Origin: Actinomycetota bacterium
GTDB lineage: Bacteria; Pseudomonadota; Alphaproteobacteria; Rhodospirillales; Magnetospirillaceae
Direction: 5' to 3'
Assembly: GCA_050260215.1 (NCBI GenBank)
Contig: JBLNBU010000227.1
Location: 593-64,592 of the forward strand
Length of the DNA: 64,000 bases
Shown piece by piece: positions 52,392 to 60,375 of the stretch (the stretch's first letter is position 1; each line of letters begins with the position of its first letter). Position numbers and translations under genes: made by a program. A model generated the notes under the pieces. The model ran no database searches. It saw only the letters and a program-made list of their open reading frames with translations, and was not told the DNA's origin.

Positions 52392-53351
52392 TCAAGCGCC
52401 GGCCCGTGCCCGCCAGGCTGCGGCCATGGCGCTCAGACCTTCGTCCAGGCCGATGCGGGGCTGCCAGCCCAGGACCTCGCGGGTGGCGGCATCGTCCACC
52501 GTCAGCGAGCCCAGCAGGCGCTCGACGGTGGTTTGCCGGCCCAGCAGCCGGCCGGCCGCCGTCAGCAGGGCGGGCGGCACCGGCACCAGCAAGGGGCGCC
52601 GTCCCATGGCGCCGGCCAGCCGGCGGATCAGGCCGGGGGTGGACACGTCCTCGCTGTCGCGGACCAGGAAGCTGCGCCCGGCGGCGGCCGGATGCTCCAG
52701 GCAGACGCGGACCAGGTCGGCCAGGTTGTCGACGCCGACCAGGCTGCGCCGGTTGTCGATGGCGCCCAGCGGCAGGGGCATGCGTCGCGCGATGGCGGTC
52801 ATCAGCGAGGCCAGGTTGCCCTTGGCGCGCGGACCGTGGACCAGGGGCGGGCGGATCACCACCAGCTCCATGCCGGTGCGCGCCGCGATGTCGGCCAGCG
52901 CCGCCTCGGCCTCGGCCTTGGCCAGCCCGTAGCCGTCCTCGGGCGCCGGCGGGTCTTCGGGGCGGAACGGCCGGCCGGGCGGCGTCGCTTCGCCGTGTAC
53001 CTTGATGGTGCTGACGAACACCAGCCGCTTCACCCCGGCGGCCACGGCCTGTTCGGCCAGGCGCACGGTGCCGTCGCGGTTGACCCGGCGGAACACCGCC
53101 AACGGGTCGGGATCGGGATCGTTGAGGACGTGGGCGCGGGCGGCCAGGTGGACCACCGCCTCGGCGCCGGCCAGGGCCTCGGTCCAGTCGGTGTGCGGGC
53201 CCAGCTCGCCCACGCGGACCGGGCAGACGGCGGCGGGCAGGGCATGGTCGGCGCGGCGCACCGCCGCCACCGCCTCGTGGCCGTTGGTCGCCAGGGCGCG
53301 GAGGACTGCGCCGCCGACGAACCCGGTCGCACCCGTGACCAGAACCTTCAT
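52392..53351 (-). CDS. NAD-dependent epimerase/dehydratase (UDP-hexose/HexNAc 4-epimerase-like SDR)
   Basis: From MKVLVTGATGFVGGAV. Catalytic YGLAKAEAE (YxxxK). It is the C-terminal part of a spurious 728-aa ORF-track entry. Confidence 0.8.
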   Translation of the reverse strand: MKVLVTGATGFVGGAVLRALATNGHEAVAAVRRADHALPAAVCPVRVGELGPHTDWTEALAGAEAVVHLAARAHVLNDPDPDPLAVFRRVNRDGTVRLAEQAVAAGVKRLVFVSTIKVHGEATPPGRPFRPEDPPAPEDGYGLAKAEAEAALADIAARTGMELVVIRPPLVHGPRAKGNLASLMTAIARRMPLPLGAIDNRRSLVGVDNLADLVRVCLEHPAAAGRSFLVRDSEDVSTPGLIRRLAGAMGRRPLLVPVPPALLTAAGRLLGRQTTVERLLGSLTVDDAATREVLGWQPRIGLDEGLSAMAAAWRARAGA

Positions 53352-53365
53352 CGCTCCCTCCCCCT

Positions 53366-55246
53366 TCAGCGCCCCCGGCGCAGCGGCACCATGGCCGGGT
53401 CGTCGACCAGGGCGCCGGCCATGTCCTCGGTGACGATCTTGCGCAAGGACCGGTACTGGTCGAGCTTGGCCGTCGCCCGCCGTCCCGACACCAGCCAGCG
53501 CGCCCACTCGGCCACCAGGGACGCCGCATAGCCGATGCCGCCGGCGCGGCCCGCCTTCAGCAGCACCAGCAGCGGCAGCAGCGCACGCAGGCGATAGGCC
53601 AGCAGCGGATAGCAGATCAGCGCCATGCCAAGGTTGCCTGATCGCAGCAGCCCCCACAGCGGCGGCAGGCGCGGGGTGTCGTCGACTTCCAGGGCGTCCT
53701 TGGTGTCGTGCAGCGAATCGGTGGTCAGGCTGCGGTCGACCAGGCGCTTGGGGTTGGCGAAGAAGCCGTCGGTCGGCCGCTTGCGCTTGAAGTAGTTGGT
53801 GTCGTTGAGCAGCACCCGGTGATAGTGGTCCAGCCCGAACTGGGCCACATAGGCGGCGTTGACCTCGATCTGGATGCGCGGGCGCCACATCTGGCAGACC
53901 AGGCGGGGCTGGTCGGTGAAGTTGAGCGTGGTCACCTCGTCGTGGGCGTCCTTGTCGGACACCCGCAACAGATAGGCCTCCTCGCCGTCGACGCCGCCGC
54001 CGATCAGGCCGCGGGCGCGGGCGAAGTCGTAGAGCGGCGTGCCGGGCAGCGCCTGGGCATAGTTGATGGACAGGTCGTTGGGGTTCTGGCGGGCGTCCAG
54101 CGTCATGGCGAACTTGCAGAACTCGATGGTCTCGGCGACGGTGTCCGAGGTCTCGCCCGGCATGCCCAGCACCAGCTGCACCACGGTGTACAGCCCGGCG
54201 CCGATGGTCCACTCCATGGCGTTGTAGTTGTCGGCCAGCTGGACCTTCTTCTCCATCACCTGCAGCATGCGCTCGGACCCGGTCTCCATGCCGAAGAACA
54301 GGGTGACGCAGCCGGCGTCGCGCATCATGGCGATCTGCTCGGGGGTGACGCAGTTGACCCGCATCCCCGACACCCGCCACAAAAGGTCCAGCGGCTTGAC
54401 CTTTTCGCAGAACTCGGCCAGCCAGCGCCGGTCGGTGCCGAAGTTCTCGTCGCCGACGGCGAAGAAGCCGACCTCGTGCCTTTCCTTGAGCAGGGTCAGG
54501 CGCTCGACCAGCAGGTCGACCGGGATGTAGCGGATGCCCTTGTCGAAGCGGTGGCAGAAGGTGCAGCGCGCCACGCACCCCTTCGAGCAGCGGATGGTCA
54601 CCAGCTTCTTGCCGCGCCGGTGAGGCTGGAAGGTCCGGGGATCGCCCTGCAGCCAGTACTCGACCTCGTCGTCGCGGACGGGATCGTTGATGTAGGTGTC
54701 GGCCGGCGCCGAGGCGAACAACTCGTCCCAGTCGATGTCGAAGACCTGCGAGGCCGGCAGCGAGGGGGCGAAGCCGGTATTGAGCAGCGACCCGTCGCGG
54801 CCCAGCACCGCCAGTCCGGGAATGTCGGCGAACTCGGCCGCCACCCGGGTTTCCTTGGCCCGGCGCACGATGGCCAGGAATGCCTCCTCGCCCTCGCCGG
54901 TGCAGCAGATGTCGGTGCCGGTGCGATTGAGCAGCACCTCGGCGCTGGCGGCCAGGTTGCCGCCCACCACCACCAGGCAGTCGGGCAGCAGGCGCTTGAC
55001 GTCCAGCGACAGGCGCTTGGTGAAGGCGTAGGCGGTCGACACCACCGCGCTGATGCCCAGCACGTCGGGACGCGCCTCGACGATGCGCTTCAGCGCCTCG
55101 TCATAGGGCGGGCGGTTGCCGTCGATGTTATAGAACTCGGCCTGCTCGCCGTGGCGGCGCAGGTAGTTCAGCAGCGCCAGGCTGCCGAACGGTGGCGTGC
55201 TGGTCGGCCGCGGCCGGATGGGGGTGTTGACGATCAGGACCTTCAT
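53366..55246 (-). CDS. B12-binding-domain radical SAM enzyme
   Basis: 626 aa. Motifs MKVLIVNTP, VLGISAVVSTAY, VVVGGNLAAS, and the cluster motif SKGCVARCTFCHR. Its ATG forms an ATGA overlap with the WbpL-like stop. Confidence 0.85.
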   Translation of the reverse strand: MKVLIVNTPIRPRPTSTPPFGSLALLNYLRRHGEQAEFYNIDGNRPPYDEALKRIVEARPDVLGISAVVSTAYAFTKRLSLDVKRLLPDCLVVVGGNLAASAEVLLNRTGTDICCTGEGEEAFLAIVRRAKETRVAAEFADIPGLAVLGRDGSLLNTGFAPSLPASQVFDIDWDELFASAPADTYINDPVRDDEVEYWLQGDPRTFQPHRRGKKLVTIRCSKGCVARCTFCHRFDKGIRYIPVDLLVERLTLLKERHEVGFFAVGDENFGTDRRWLAEFCEKVKPLDLLWRVSGMRVNCVTPEQIAMMRDAGCVTLFFGMETGSERMLQVMEKKVQLADNYNAMEWTIGAGLYTVVQLVLGMPGETSDTVAETIEFCKFAMTLDARQNPNDLSINYAQALPGTPLYDFARARGLIGGGVDGEEAYLLRVSDKDAHDEVTTLNFTDQPRLVCQMWRPRIQIEVNAAYVAQFGLDHYHRVLLNDTNYFKRKRPTDGFFANPKRLVDRSLTTDSLHDTKDALEVDDTPRLPPLWGLLRSGNLGMALICYPLLAYRLRALLPLLVLLKAGRAGGIGYAASLVAEWARWLVSGRRATAKLDQYRSLRKIVTEDMAGALVDDPAMVPLRRGR

Positions 55247-56247
55247 GCGTGCTCGTACCCTTCCTCCCGTGCCCGCCCCCAGCGGGACAACACCCCCAGC
55301 AGAACCGCCACCGTCGCCGCCGCAACCACAGCGGCGACAAGATCATGGCCCAGCGCGGCCGCGCCGGCCAGCGCCACCAGCACCGCGTCGGCGGCCAGGA
55401 TGGCCAGCACCACCCGGTCGTGGCGACCGGCCCCGGCCAGGGCGCGCTGGTAGAAGTGCCGGCGGTGGGCCTGCCACACCTTCTCGCCGGCCAGGGCGCG
55501 CCGGCCCAGGGTGATGGTGGCGTCGGCCAGATAATAGGCCGGCAGGATCAACGCCGCCGCCAGCTGCCCGGCGGCGGCCAGCTGGACCAATAGCCCGCCC
55601 AGCAGGAAGCCCAGCGGCACGCTGCCGACGTCGCCCAGGAAGATGCGCGCCGGGTGCCAGTTCCACACCAGGAAGCCCAGCGCCGCGCCGGCGCAGGCCA
55701 GGCCCAACGGGGCCAGCGCGGTGGCGCTGCCGGCCAGCAGGGCGACCACGGCGACGCCGGTGCCGATGGAGGCGGTCTCGACGCCGGTGATGCCGTCGAT
55801 GCCGTCCATGAAGTTGTACAGGTTGACGAACCACAGCCAGCCCAGCCCCGCCACCAGCCGGTCGGCCCCCAGCGGCAGCCAGCCCTGGAACACCAGCTGC
55901 TCGGGCCCCATCAGCATCAGGGCTCCGGCAACCACCCCGGCATGGGCGAGCAGGCGCGGGGCCGGCGGCAGATCGTGGCGGTCGTCGGCCCACGAGGTCA
56001 GCATCAGCAGCGCCGCCCCCAGCACGGCGACCCAGCTCCAGCCCGGCGCGTCGGCGGACGCCGCCATCCACGCCACCAGCACGGCGGGCGTCACCGCCAG
56101 CCCGCCGCCGCGCGGCGTCGGCGTCTTGTGGCTTGAGCGCTCGTTGGGATGATCGAGGAAACGCCGGTGCCGCAGCCACGCCAGCACGCCCCGCGTGCCG
56201 GCAAGCGCCAGCGCGAAGGCGAGCAGGGCGGGAACGAGGATGGTCAC
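55243..56247 (-). CDS. Polyprenyl-phosphate N-acetylhexosamine-1-phosphate transferase (GT4 family, WbpL/WecA/MraY-like initiating enzyme)
   Basis: From VTILVPALLAF (GTG start in a GTGA overlap with the upstream stop). Polytopic. Motifs FVNLYNFMDGIDG and IFLGDVGS. Confidence 0.85.
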   Translation of the reverse strand: MTILVPALLAFALALAGTRGVLAWLRHRRFLDHPNERSSHKTPTPRGGGLAVTPAVLVAWMAASADAPGWSWVAVLGAALLMLTSWADDRHDLPPAPRLLAHAGVVAGALMLMGPEQLVFQGWLPLGADRLVAGLGWLWFVNLYNFMDGIDGITGVETASIGTGVAVVALLAGSATALAPLGLACAGAALGFLVWNWHPARIFLGDVGSVPLGFLLGGLLVQLAAAGQLAAALILPAYYLADATITLGRRALAGEKVWQAHRRHFYQRALAGAGRHDRVVLAILAADAVLVALAGAAALGHDLVAAVVAAATVAVLLGVLSRWGRAREEGYEHA

Positions 56248-58400
56248 GGAACGTCGTCCAGCCGCACCCGCCGGCCCTCGCGCAAGGAGTCGAGCACGGC
56301 AATGGTGGCCAGGCTGGTCTCGACCAGCTCGGCCTCGTCGACCGGGGCCGGGCCGCCGGCCGCCACCGCGGCGACGAAGGCTTCCAGCTGGGCGCGGTGT
56401 CCCTTGTCCTGGGCCAGCGCCTTCTCGGTACGGGTCCGGCCGTTCTCGGTCACCGACAGGGTGAGGAAATTGTCGAGCGCGACGACCGTTCCGCCGGCGA
56501 AACACTCGAACCGCTCCTTCGAGAAGGACGAATCGCCCAGCGCCGTGTAGACGATGGTCGCCAGCGAGCCGTCGGCAAAGGTCAGCGTCACCGTCAGGTC
56601 GTCGCAGCCGCCATGGGTGGCCTGCGCCGCATCGGCCTGCACGGTGGCGATGGGGCTGCCGACCAGCGAGCGGGCCAGGTCGACGAAGTGGCACACCTCG
56701 CCCAGGATGCGCCCGCCGCCTTCCTCGGCGGCGTTGACCCAGCTTTCCGCCGGCAGGGCGCCGGCGTTGACGCGCAGCACCAGCATCTTGGGGCCGGGGT
56801 GGCGGGCCAGCAAGGCGCGGGCCTTGGCGACCATGGGGGCGAAGCGGCGGTTGAAGCCGACCAGGAAGAAGCCATTCGATCCCTGGCGCGCCTGGATCAC
56901 CCGGTTCAGCTGGTCGCGGTCGAGCGCCAACGGCTTTTCGACGATCACCGACTTGCCGGCGGTGAGCGCACGCGCGGTCAGCTCGGCGTGGTTGGAATGC
57001 CGGGTGGCCACCAGCACCCCGTTGATGGCCGGGTCGGCCAGCAGAGAGTCCAGCTCGGTGGTTGCGTTGGCGAAACCGAAGGCGCCCTGCGCATGCTCGG
57101 CGGTCTGGCCGCGGGTGGTGCAGACGGTGCGCAAGGTGACCGCCGGCAGGCGCTTCAGTTCGGGCAGCAGGACGGTGCGGGCGAAGGCGCCGGCCCCGAC
57201 CACGCCCATGACGCAGGCGCCGGCCGGCGCGCCGGCCGCCGGGAATGACGGCCGCAGCGGCTTCGTTTCGCCATCGTAACGCAGTACTACGCCCAGGCAG
57301 CGCTCGCCGCCGGTGACCAGGCCGTAGGCGGCCTCGGCCTCGGCGAAGGGGAAGCGGTGGGTGATCAGCGCGCCCACGTCCAGGCGCCGCGGCAGCCCGG
57401 GATCCATCAGGCGCACGCACTCGCGCAGGTTCTCGGCCTCGGTCCAGCGCACCCAGCCGGCGGGATACTTGACCCCGCGGCCCTCGAAGTCCTCGTCGTA
57501 GCGCCCCGGCCCATAGGAGCGCGACACCATCAGCTGCAGCTCCTTCTTCATGAAGGCGGCGTAGGGGAATTCGGTGCCGGTCTTGCCCACCATCACCACC
57601 CGGGCGCGGTCGCGGGCCAGCTCGGCCGCCATCTCCAGCGGCGCGCTGGAGTCGGTGGCCGCCGCAATCAGGATGCCGTCGCAGCCCAGCCCGCCGGTCA
57701 TCTGCGCCACCGCCTCGGCCAGGCCGGGGTCGCTTAAGGTCCAGGCCAGCTCGGCCCCGGTGCGTCGCGCCAGCTCGAGGCGGCCGGGATCGACGTCGAC
57801 CGCCACCACGCGGACGCCGGCCAGGGCCAGCAGCTGCTGGGCGATCTGGCCGACCAGGCCGACGCCGAGGACCGCCACCACGTCGCCCAACTGGGGAGAC
57901 AGATTGCGCACACCCGCCATGGCGATGGCGGCCAGGGTGCCGAAGCAGGCCTCGTCGTCGGCGACGCCGTCGGGAATGGGGGCGCACAGGTTCTTGGGTA
58001 CCACGTTGAGTTCGGCGTGGTTGGCCAGGCCGGCGCCGGCCACCGCCACCCTTTGCCCGACGGCGAACGCGCCTTCCAGCCCGGCGCCGACCGCGACCAC
58101 CTCGGCCGCGGCGGAATAACCCAGGGGCAGCGGCTCGTCGAGGCGGGCCATCACCGCCTTGAAGGTGGCCACCAGTCCGTCGCGGCGGGCCTTGTCGACC
58201 ACCTTGCGCACCAGGTCGGGGCGTTCCTTGGCCTTGCCTGCCAGGCTCTTCTTGGCGAAGTCGATGACCATGCGCTCGGTGCCGGCCGAGATCAGCGAGG
58301 CGCGCGTGCGCACCAGGAGGCACCCCGACCGCACCTTGGGCTCGGGGACATCGCGCAGGCTCAGCTTGCCGGTGCGCGCGCTCTGGATGACTTGCTTCAT
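56244..58400 (-). CDS. Bi-domain oxidoreductase: N-terminal zinc-type alcohol dehydrogenase (MDR) fused to C-terminal Gfo/Idh/MocA domain
   Basis: 718 aa. The N-terminal half has GYSAAAEVVAVG...VAVLGVGLVGQIAQQL. The C-terminal half has VMGVVGAGAFAR...SVIVEKP. Confidence 0.8.
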   Translation of the reverse strand: MKQVIQSARTGKLSLRDVPEPKVRSGCLLVRTRASLISAGTERMVIDFAKKSLAGKAKERPDLVRKVVDKARRDGLVATFKAVMARLDEPLPLGYSAAAEVVAVGAGLEGAFAVGQRVAVAGAGLANHAELNVVPKNLCAPIPDGVADDEACFGTLAAIAMAGVRNLSPQLGDVVAVLGVGLVGQIAQQLLALAGVRVVAVDVDPGRLELARRTGAELAWTLSDPGLAEAVAQMTGGLGCDGILIAAATDSSAPLEMAAELARDRARVVMVGKTGTEFPYAAFMKKELQLMVSRSYGPGRYDEDFEGRGVKYPAGWVRWTEAENLRECVRLMDPGLPRRLDVGALITHRFPFAEAEAAYGLVTGGERCLGVVLRYDGETKPLRPSFPAAGAPAGACVMGVVGAGAFARTVLLPELKRLPAVTLRTVCTTRGQTAEHAQGAFGFANATTELDSLLADPAINGVLVATRHSNHAELTARALTAGKSVIVEKPLALDRDQLNRVIQARQGSNGFFLVGFNRRFAPMVAKARALLARHPGPKMLVLRVNAGALPAESWVNAAEEGGGRILGEVCHFVDLARSLVGSPIATVQADAAQATHGGCDDLTVTLTFADGSLATIVYTALGDSSFSKERFECFAGGTVVALDNFLTLSVTENGRTRTEKALAQDKGHRAQLEAFVAAVAAGGPAPVDEAELVETSLATIAVLDSLREGRRVRLDDVP

Positions 58401-58499
58401 TATTCTCGCCTAGCCGGGGCGTACGACCACCGGCTATATACGGTGAACTTTCGCCGGGGGGAAAGCCTATTCATCCCGGCGTCGACGTTTTCGGCCGGC

Positions 58500-58529
58500 T
58501 CGACATCCGGCATGGCGGGCTGTTATCTT
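58500..58529 (+). promoter_or_regulatory. Putative sigma70-like promoter TCGACA-N18-TATCTT for the aminotransferase/acetyltransferase/amidotransferase operon
   Basis: Lies in the 178-nt divergent intergenic region 58401-58578, about 50 nt upstream of ATG 58579. Confidence 0.3.
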
Positions 58530-58578
58530 CAAGGAGCGCCCCGCTGCCCTGTCTGAAATGAAGGACTGCTAGGTTTCG

Positions 58579-59736
58579 ATGGCCAGCTTGCCACAAGCAA
58601 TCGTTTCGGCAATACAAGACGGGATCGGGTCTGGCGGCGCTCGATTACATGAGCCTGAAATGGCCGGCAACGAATGGCGCTACGTCAAGGATTGCCTGGA
58701 CAGCAATTTCGTCTCGTCGGTGGGCTCGTATGTCGACCGCCTTGAACGCGACCTGGCCGCCATCTGCGGCGCCGCGCGCGCCATTGCCTGCGTCAACGGC
58801 ACCGCGGCCCTGCACATGGCGCTAGTCCTGGCCGATGTTCGCCCCGGTGACGAAGTGCTGGTCCCGACGTTCACGTTCGTCGCCACCGCCAACGCCGTCC
58901 GGTACTGCGGCGCCGTGCCGCACTTCTTCGACTGCGAGCCGCAGGCCCTGGGCGTCGACATTCCCAAGCTGGCCGCACACCTGGACGCGGTGGCCGTGCG
59001 CCGCGACGGCCGGGTGGTCAACCGCAAGACCGGGCGGACCATCCGGGCCCTGGTGTGCATGCACACCTTCGGGCACCCGGTCGACCTCGCCCCCCTGATG
59101 GAACTGTGCGCCAGCTGGGGCCTGCCCCTGGTCGAGGACGCCGCCGAATCGCTGGGTAGCTTCTACAAGGGACGGCACACCGGGAACTTCGGGCTGGTTT
59201 CGGCACTGTCCTTCAACGGCAACAAGATCGTCACCACCGGCGGCGGCGGCGCCGTTCTGTGCAACGACGAGGCGCTGGCCGACCGGGCCAAGCACCTGAC
59301 CACCACCGCCAAGCTGCCCCACCGCTGGGACTTCGTCCACGACGAGGTGGGCTACAATTACCGGATGCCCAACCTGAACGCCGCCCTGGGCTGCGCCCAG
59401 GTGGAACAGCTTGCTTCCAAGGTCGAGCGCAAGCGTCGGCTGGCCGAGCGATATGCCGGCGCCTTCGCCGGCCTGCCCGGCGTGCGTTTCGTCACGGAGC
59501 CCGAGTTCGCCACCAGCAATTACTGGCTGCACGCCATCGTGCTGGACGACCCCAGCCTGCTCGAACCGGTGCTTGAGGCGACCTCGGCCGCCGACATCCA
59601 GACCCGCCCGGCGTGGCGGCCCATGCACTTGCTTTCCATGAATGCCGACTGCCCGCGCATGGACCTGGCCTGTGCCGAGGCCATGGCCGCCCGCATCGTC
59701 AACATTCCGTCCAGCCCGCAACTGGTGACGCCATGA
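58579..59736 (+). CDS. DegT-family PLP-dependent aminotransferase, LegC/PglE/PseC-like
   Basis: 385 aa. Motifs VNGTAALHMAL and LSFNGNKIVTTGGGGAV with the Schiff-base Lys. Confidence 0.85.
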   Translation: MASLPQAIVSAIQDGIGSGGARLHEPEMAGNEWRYVKDCLDSNFVSSVGSYVDRLERDLAAICGAARAIACVNGTAALHMALVLADVRPGDEVLVPTFTFVATANAVRYCGAVPHFFDCEPQALGVDIPKLAAHLDAVAVRRDGRVVNRKTGRTIRALVCMHTFGHPVDLAPLMELCASWGLPLVEDAAESLGSFYKGRHTGNFGLVSALSFNGNKIVTTGGGGAVLCNDEALADRAKHLTTTAKLPHRWDFVHDEVGYNYRMPNLNAALGCAQVEQLASKVERKRRLAERYAGAFAGLPGVRFVTEPEFATSNYWLHAIVLDDPSLLEPVLEATSAADIQTRPAWRPMHLLSMNADCPRMDLACAEAMAARIVNIPSSPQLVTP

Positions 59737-60374
59737 GCGCCCGCCCGGTGGTGGTCATCGGCGCAGGGGGGCACGCCAAGGTGGTGATCGAGACCCTTCG
59801 CGCCGCCGGCCAACAGGTGACGGCCGCGCTCGATGCCGACCCCGCCCGCCACGGCACCCTGGTCCACGGGGTTCCCATCGCCGGCGGCGACGAATGGCTC
59901 GATGGCCGCGACGCGGCCTCGGTCCTGCTTGCCAACGGCATCGGCTCGACCGGAAAGCCCGGTCCCCGCGCCCGGGTCTTCGACGCGCTCAAGGGCAAGG
60001 GCTTTGCCTTCGTCACCGTCGTCCATCCGGCCGCCGTGCTTGCCTCGGACGTCGTCCTTGAGGAAGGCGCCCAGGTGATGGCGGGCGCCGTGCTGCAGGT
60101 GGGCTGCCGCATCGGTGCCAATGCCGTCGTCAACACCGGGGCCGTGGTCGATCACGACTGCCTGATCGGCCGCCACGCCCATGTGGCGCCGGGGGCGGTC
60201 CTGTCCGGTTCCGTGGTGGTGGGCGAGGGGGCGCACATCGGCACCGGCGCGGCGGTCATCCAGGGCGTGTCCATCGGCGCCGGCGCCGTTGTCGGCGCGG
60301 GCGCGGCCGTGGTCGCCGACGTTCCCGCGCAGGCGCTCGCCGTCGGCGTGCCGGCCAGGGCAAGGTGTCGATGA
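59733..60374 (+). CDS. NeuD/PglD/VioB-family hexapeptide sugar N-acetyltransferase
   Basis: From MSARPVVVIGAGGHAKVVIE, an N-terminal Rossmann-like domain followed by a hexapeptide beta-helix. Its ATG forms an ATGA overlap with the upstream stop. Confidence 0.8.
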   Translation: MSARPVVVIGAGGHAKVVIETLRAAGQQVTAALDADPARHGTLVHGVPIAGGDEWLDGRDAASVLLANGIGSTGKPGPRARVFDALKGKGFAFVTVVHPAAVLASDVVLEEGAQVMAGAVLQVGCRIGANAVVNTGAVVDHDCLIGRHAHVAPGAVLSGSVVVGEGAHIGTGAAVIQGVSIGAGAVVGAGAAVVADVPAQALAVGVPARARCR

Positions 60375-60375
60375 G

